A DNA stretch of 64,000 nucleotides from Verrucomicrobiia bacterium (GTDB taxonomy: Bacteria; Verrucomicrobiota; Verrucomicrobiia; Limisphaerales; UBA8199). Of the stretch, positions 62,779 to 64,000 are shown piece by piece; positions within the stretch are counted from its first letter, which is position 1; each line of letters opens with the position of its first letter. A program made the position numbers and the translations under genes. The stretch covers positions 19,505 through 83,504 of the forward strand of contig DASRFK010000152.1 of assembly GCA_035651635.1 (NCBI GenBank), given 5' to 3'. The notes beneath the pieces were generated by a model. It had not been told where the DNA came from. It did not search any database and saw only the letters and a program-made list of their open reading frames with translations.

Positions 62779-62923
62779 TCCATCAAGCTAAATGCTGACA
62801 CAGGCGCATCAAATGAATGATTCGCCTGAAGACGAAACCATTCCTGAAGGTTTGTCCCCCGAGGGTTTGTGTGGCACTTATAATTGTAGTTTGTCGAAGC
62901 ACGGAATCACGCCGAAATGCAAA

Positions 62924-63340
62924 ATGTATATGAAGAGCAATCCTTTAAAGAAGGGTGAAGTAATGATCAACTCCGCCGGCATTGGCACAGTAACCAGGAA
63001 GATGGTGCGGAAGCGTGCCGCGGAACTGGCCAGACTCGCTGGTCGTTCGGCTCGGGAAGTGTCTAAATCCGATTTGGCGACGGCCAGAAGGGAATTAACC
63101 GGCGAGGCAGAATTGGACCCTAAGCAAGCCGCCCTGGAAGCCGCACCAGAATCTGAACGCTGGGATCCGGTGCCTGGATCACAAGGCCGCAAAGTTCCGG
63201 TCAGTCCTGGCGAGGATGAGGACGACGAGGGGCGAAGCGACAATGAAAGGCTCGTTGAAGAAGGTGTCGAGGAGGCCGAGCTCGATCAGATGGATCAAGC
63301 CACCCGGCCCGCGGCCACGAAGGGCAAAGCAAAACACTGA
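62924..63340 (+). CDS. hypothetical acidic protein
   Basis: MYMKSNPLKKGEVMINSAGIGTVTRKMVRKRAAELARLAGRSAREVSKSDLATARRELTGE.., then an Asp/Glu-rich tail. The start is uncertain (ORF open from 62792; other ATGs at 62930 and 62963). Confidence 0.4.
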   Translation: MYMKSNPLKKGEVMINSAGIGTVTRKMVRKRAAELARLAGRSAREVSKSDLATARRELTGEAELDPKQAALEAAPESERWDPVPGSQGRKVPVSPGEDEDDEGRSDNERLVEEGVEEAELDQMDQATRPAATKGKAKH

Positions 63341-63612
63341 GTCAGGATCGAGGAAAACGCTAACTTGTTCCTCGTCGAATCGTGGCTGGAACACTTGCGG
63401 CAGCACGACCGTGTAACTCGGGCCGACCGTAAGCTGGAGGAGCGAGTCCATCAATTCGTTCTCGAAGAACCAAGAGTCACGCACTTGATTACAGCCGAGC
63501 CAGGCCACGAACTGAAAAAATGGTCTAGTCTTCGTGGTTCCGATACCTCAACCAAATGAAAATCAAAGCTTCATAGCCGTCGAGAGGGGGAGCGTGCGGT
63601 TTAACTCGCTAA

Positions 63613-64000
<388 letters not shown>

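Noticed and set aside
62872-62887. TGGCACttataATTGT, about 100 bp from the 62748..62778 boxes on the plus strand and 37 nt upstream of the ATG at 62924. This could be a second divergent sigma-54 arrangement.
   Set aside because: The -12 element is offset by one base and reads TTGT instead of TTGC or CTAGC. It has no similarity to the cassette promoters. Worth testing, but not supportable from sequence alone.
63338-63559. The TGA ending the acidic-protein ORF is followed in the same frame by VRIEENANLFLVESWLEHLRQHDRVTRADRKLEERVHQF... I considered stop-codon readthrough or selenocysteine.
   Set aside because: I saw no SECIS-like hairpin. Frame coincidence has a 1-in-3 chance. From memory (low confidence), the downstream peptide resembles the cytoplasmic C-terminal tail of an unrelated MFS transporter family, so it is more likely a gene relic.

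Overview
64-kb chromosomal window of moderate-to-high GC. Protein motifs look like a soil Verrucomicrobiota or Acidobacteriota genome, but I cannot verify that here. I support about 60 protein-coding genes. I recognised no rRNA, tRNA, CRISPR array, transposase or integrase.

Layout, left to right:
- 1-5.2 kb: a fused gene remnant, a multi-PAS NarL-type two-component pair, and a patch of gene fragments.
- 5.7-19.2 kb: four LysR regulators, each divergent from small redox or hydrolase genes (isochorismatase-like, NTF2/SnoaL-like, SDR, aldehyde dehydrogenase, WrbA, quinone oxidoreductase, FMN reductase, NmrA).
- 19.3-29.6 kb: a glycan-degradation block (GHL10-like, cupin, frameshifted DUF5703-like gene, two esterase-type alpha/beta hydrolases, GH92), bounded by truncated genes.
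- 29.6-35.6 kb: housekeeping and redox genes (DedA, Dps, Rpe, class I aldolase, SDR, DsbA-like, peroxiredoxin).
- 35.7-62.8 kb: the part worth most attention.

Main result: seven sigma-54-type promoters (GG-N10-GC, all with an unusual CTAGCA/CTAGCG -12 region). Six are preceded by paired or tripled TCGCGA hexamers. The seventh (42087..42102) shares the hexamer pair of the divergent 41889..41904 promoter. They surround a PAS-AAA+ enhancer-binding protein gene. Four of them are copies of one colinear cassette of roughly 190 bp (upstream site, promoter and transcribed leader). Two more form a second subtype, one of which carries the last codons of an EBP gene with it.

The promoters sit in front of these units:
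- a porin/isochorismatase/amidohydrolase operon
- a PaoABC-like molybdenum hydroxylase operon with its maturation genes
- a crotonase gene, possibly continuing into the downstream MFS efflux genes
- small DUF2934 and STAS-like genes
- a SYLF-domain gene
- a PagL-like outer-membrane gene whose first ~53 codons were copied from the SYLF gene together with the cassette

Other observations:
- a precise deletion-fusion junction at the left edge, whose intact parental arrangement is at 36-41.6 kb
- a twice-occurring element of about 150 nt ending in an intrinsic terminator (sRNA candidate)
- an in-frame SDR remnant fused to the EBP N-terminus
- conserved LysR operator palindromes

All functional calls rest on motif recognition by eye; no database search was possible.
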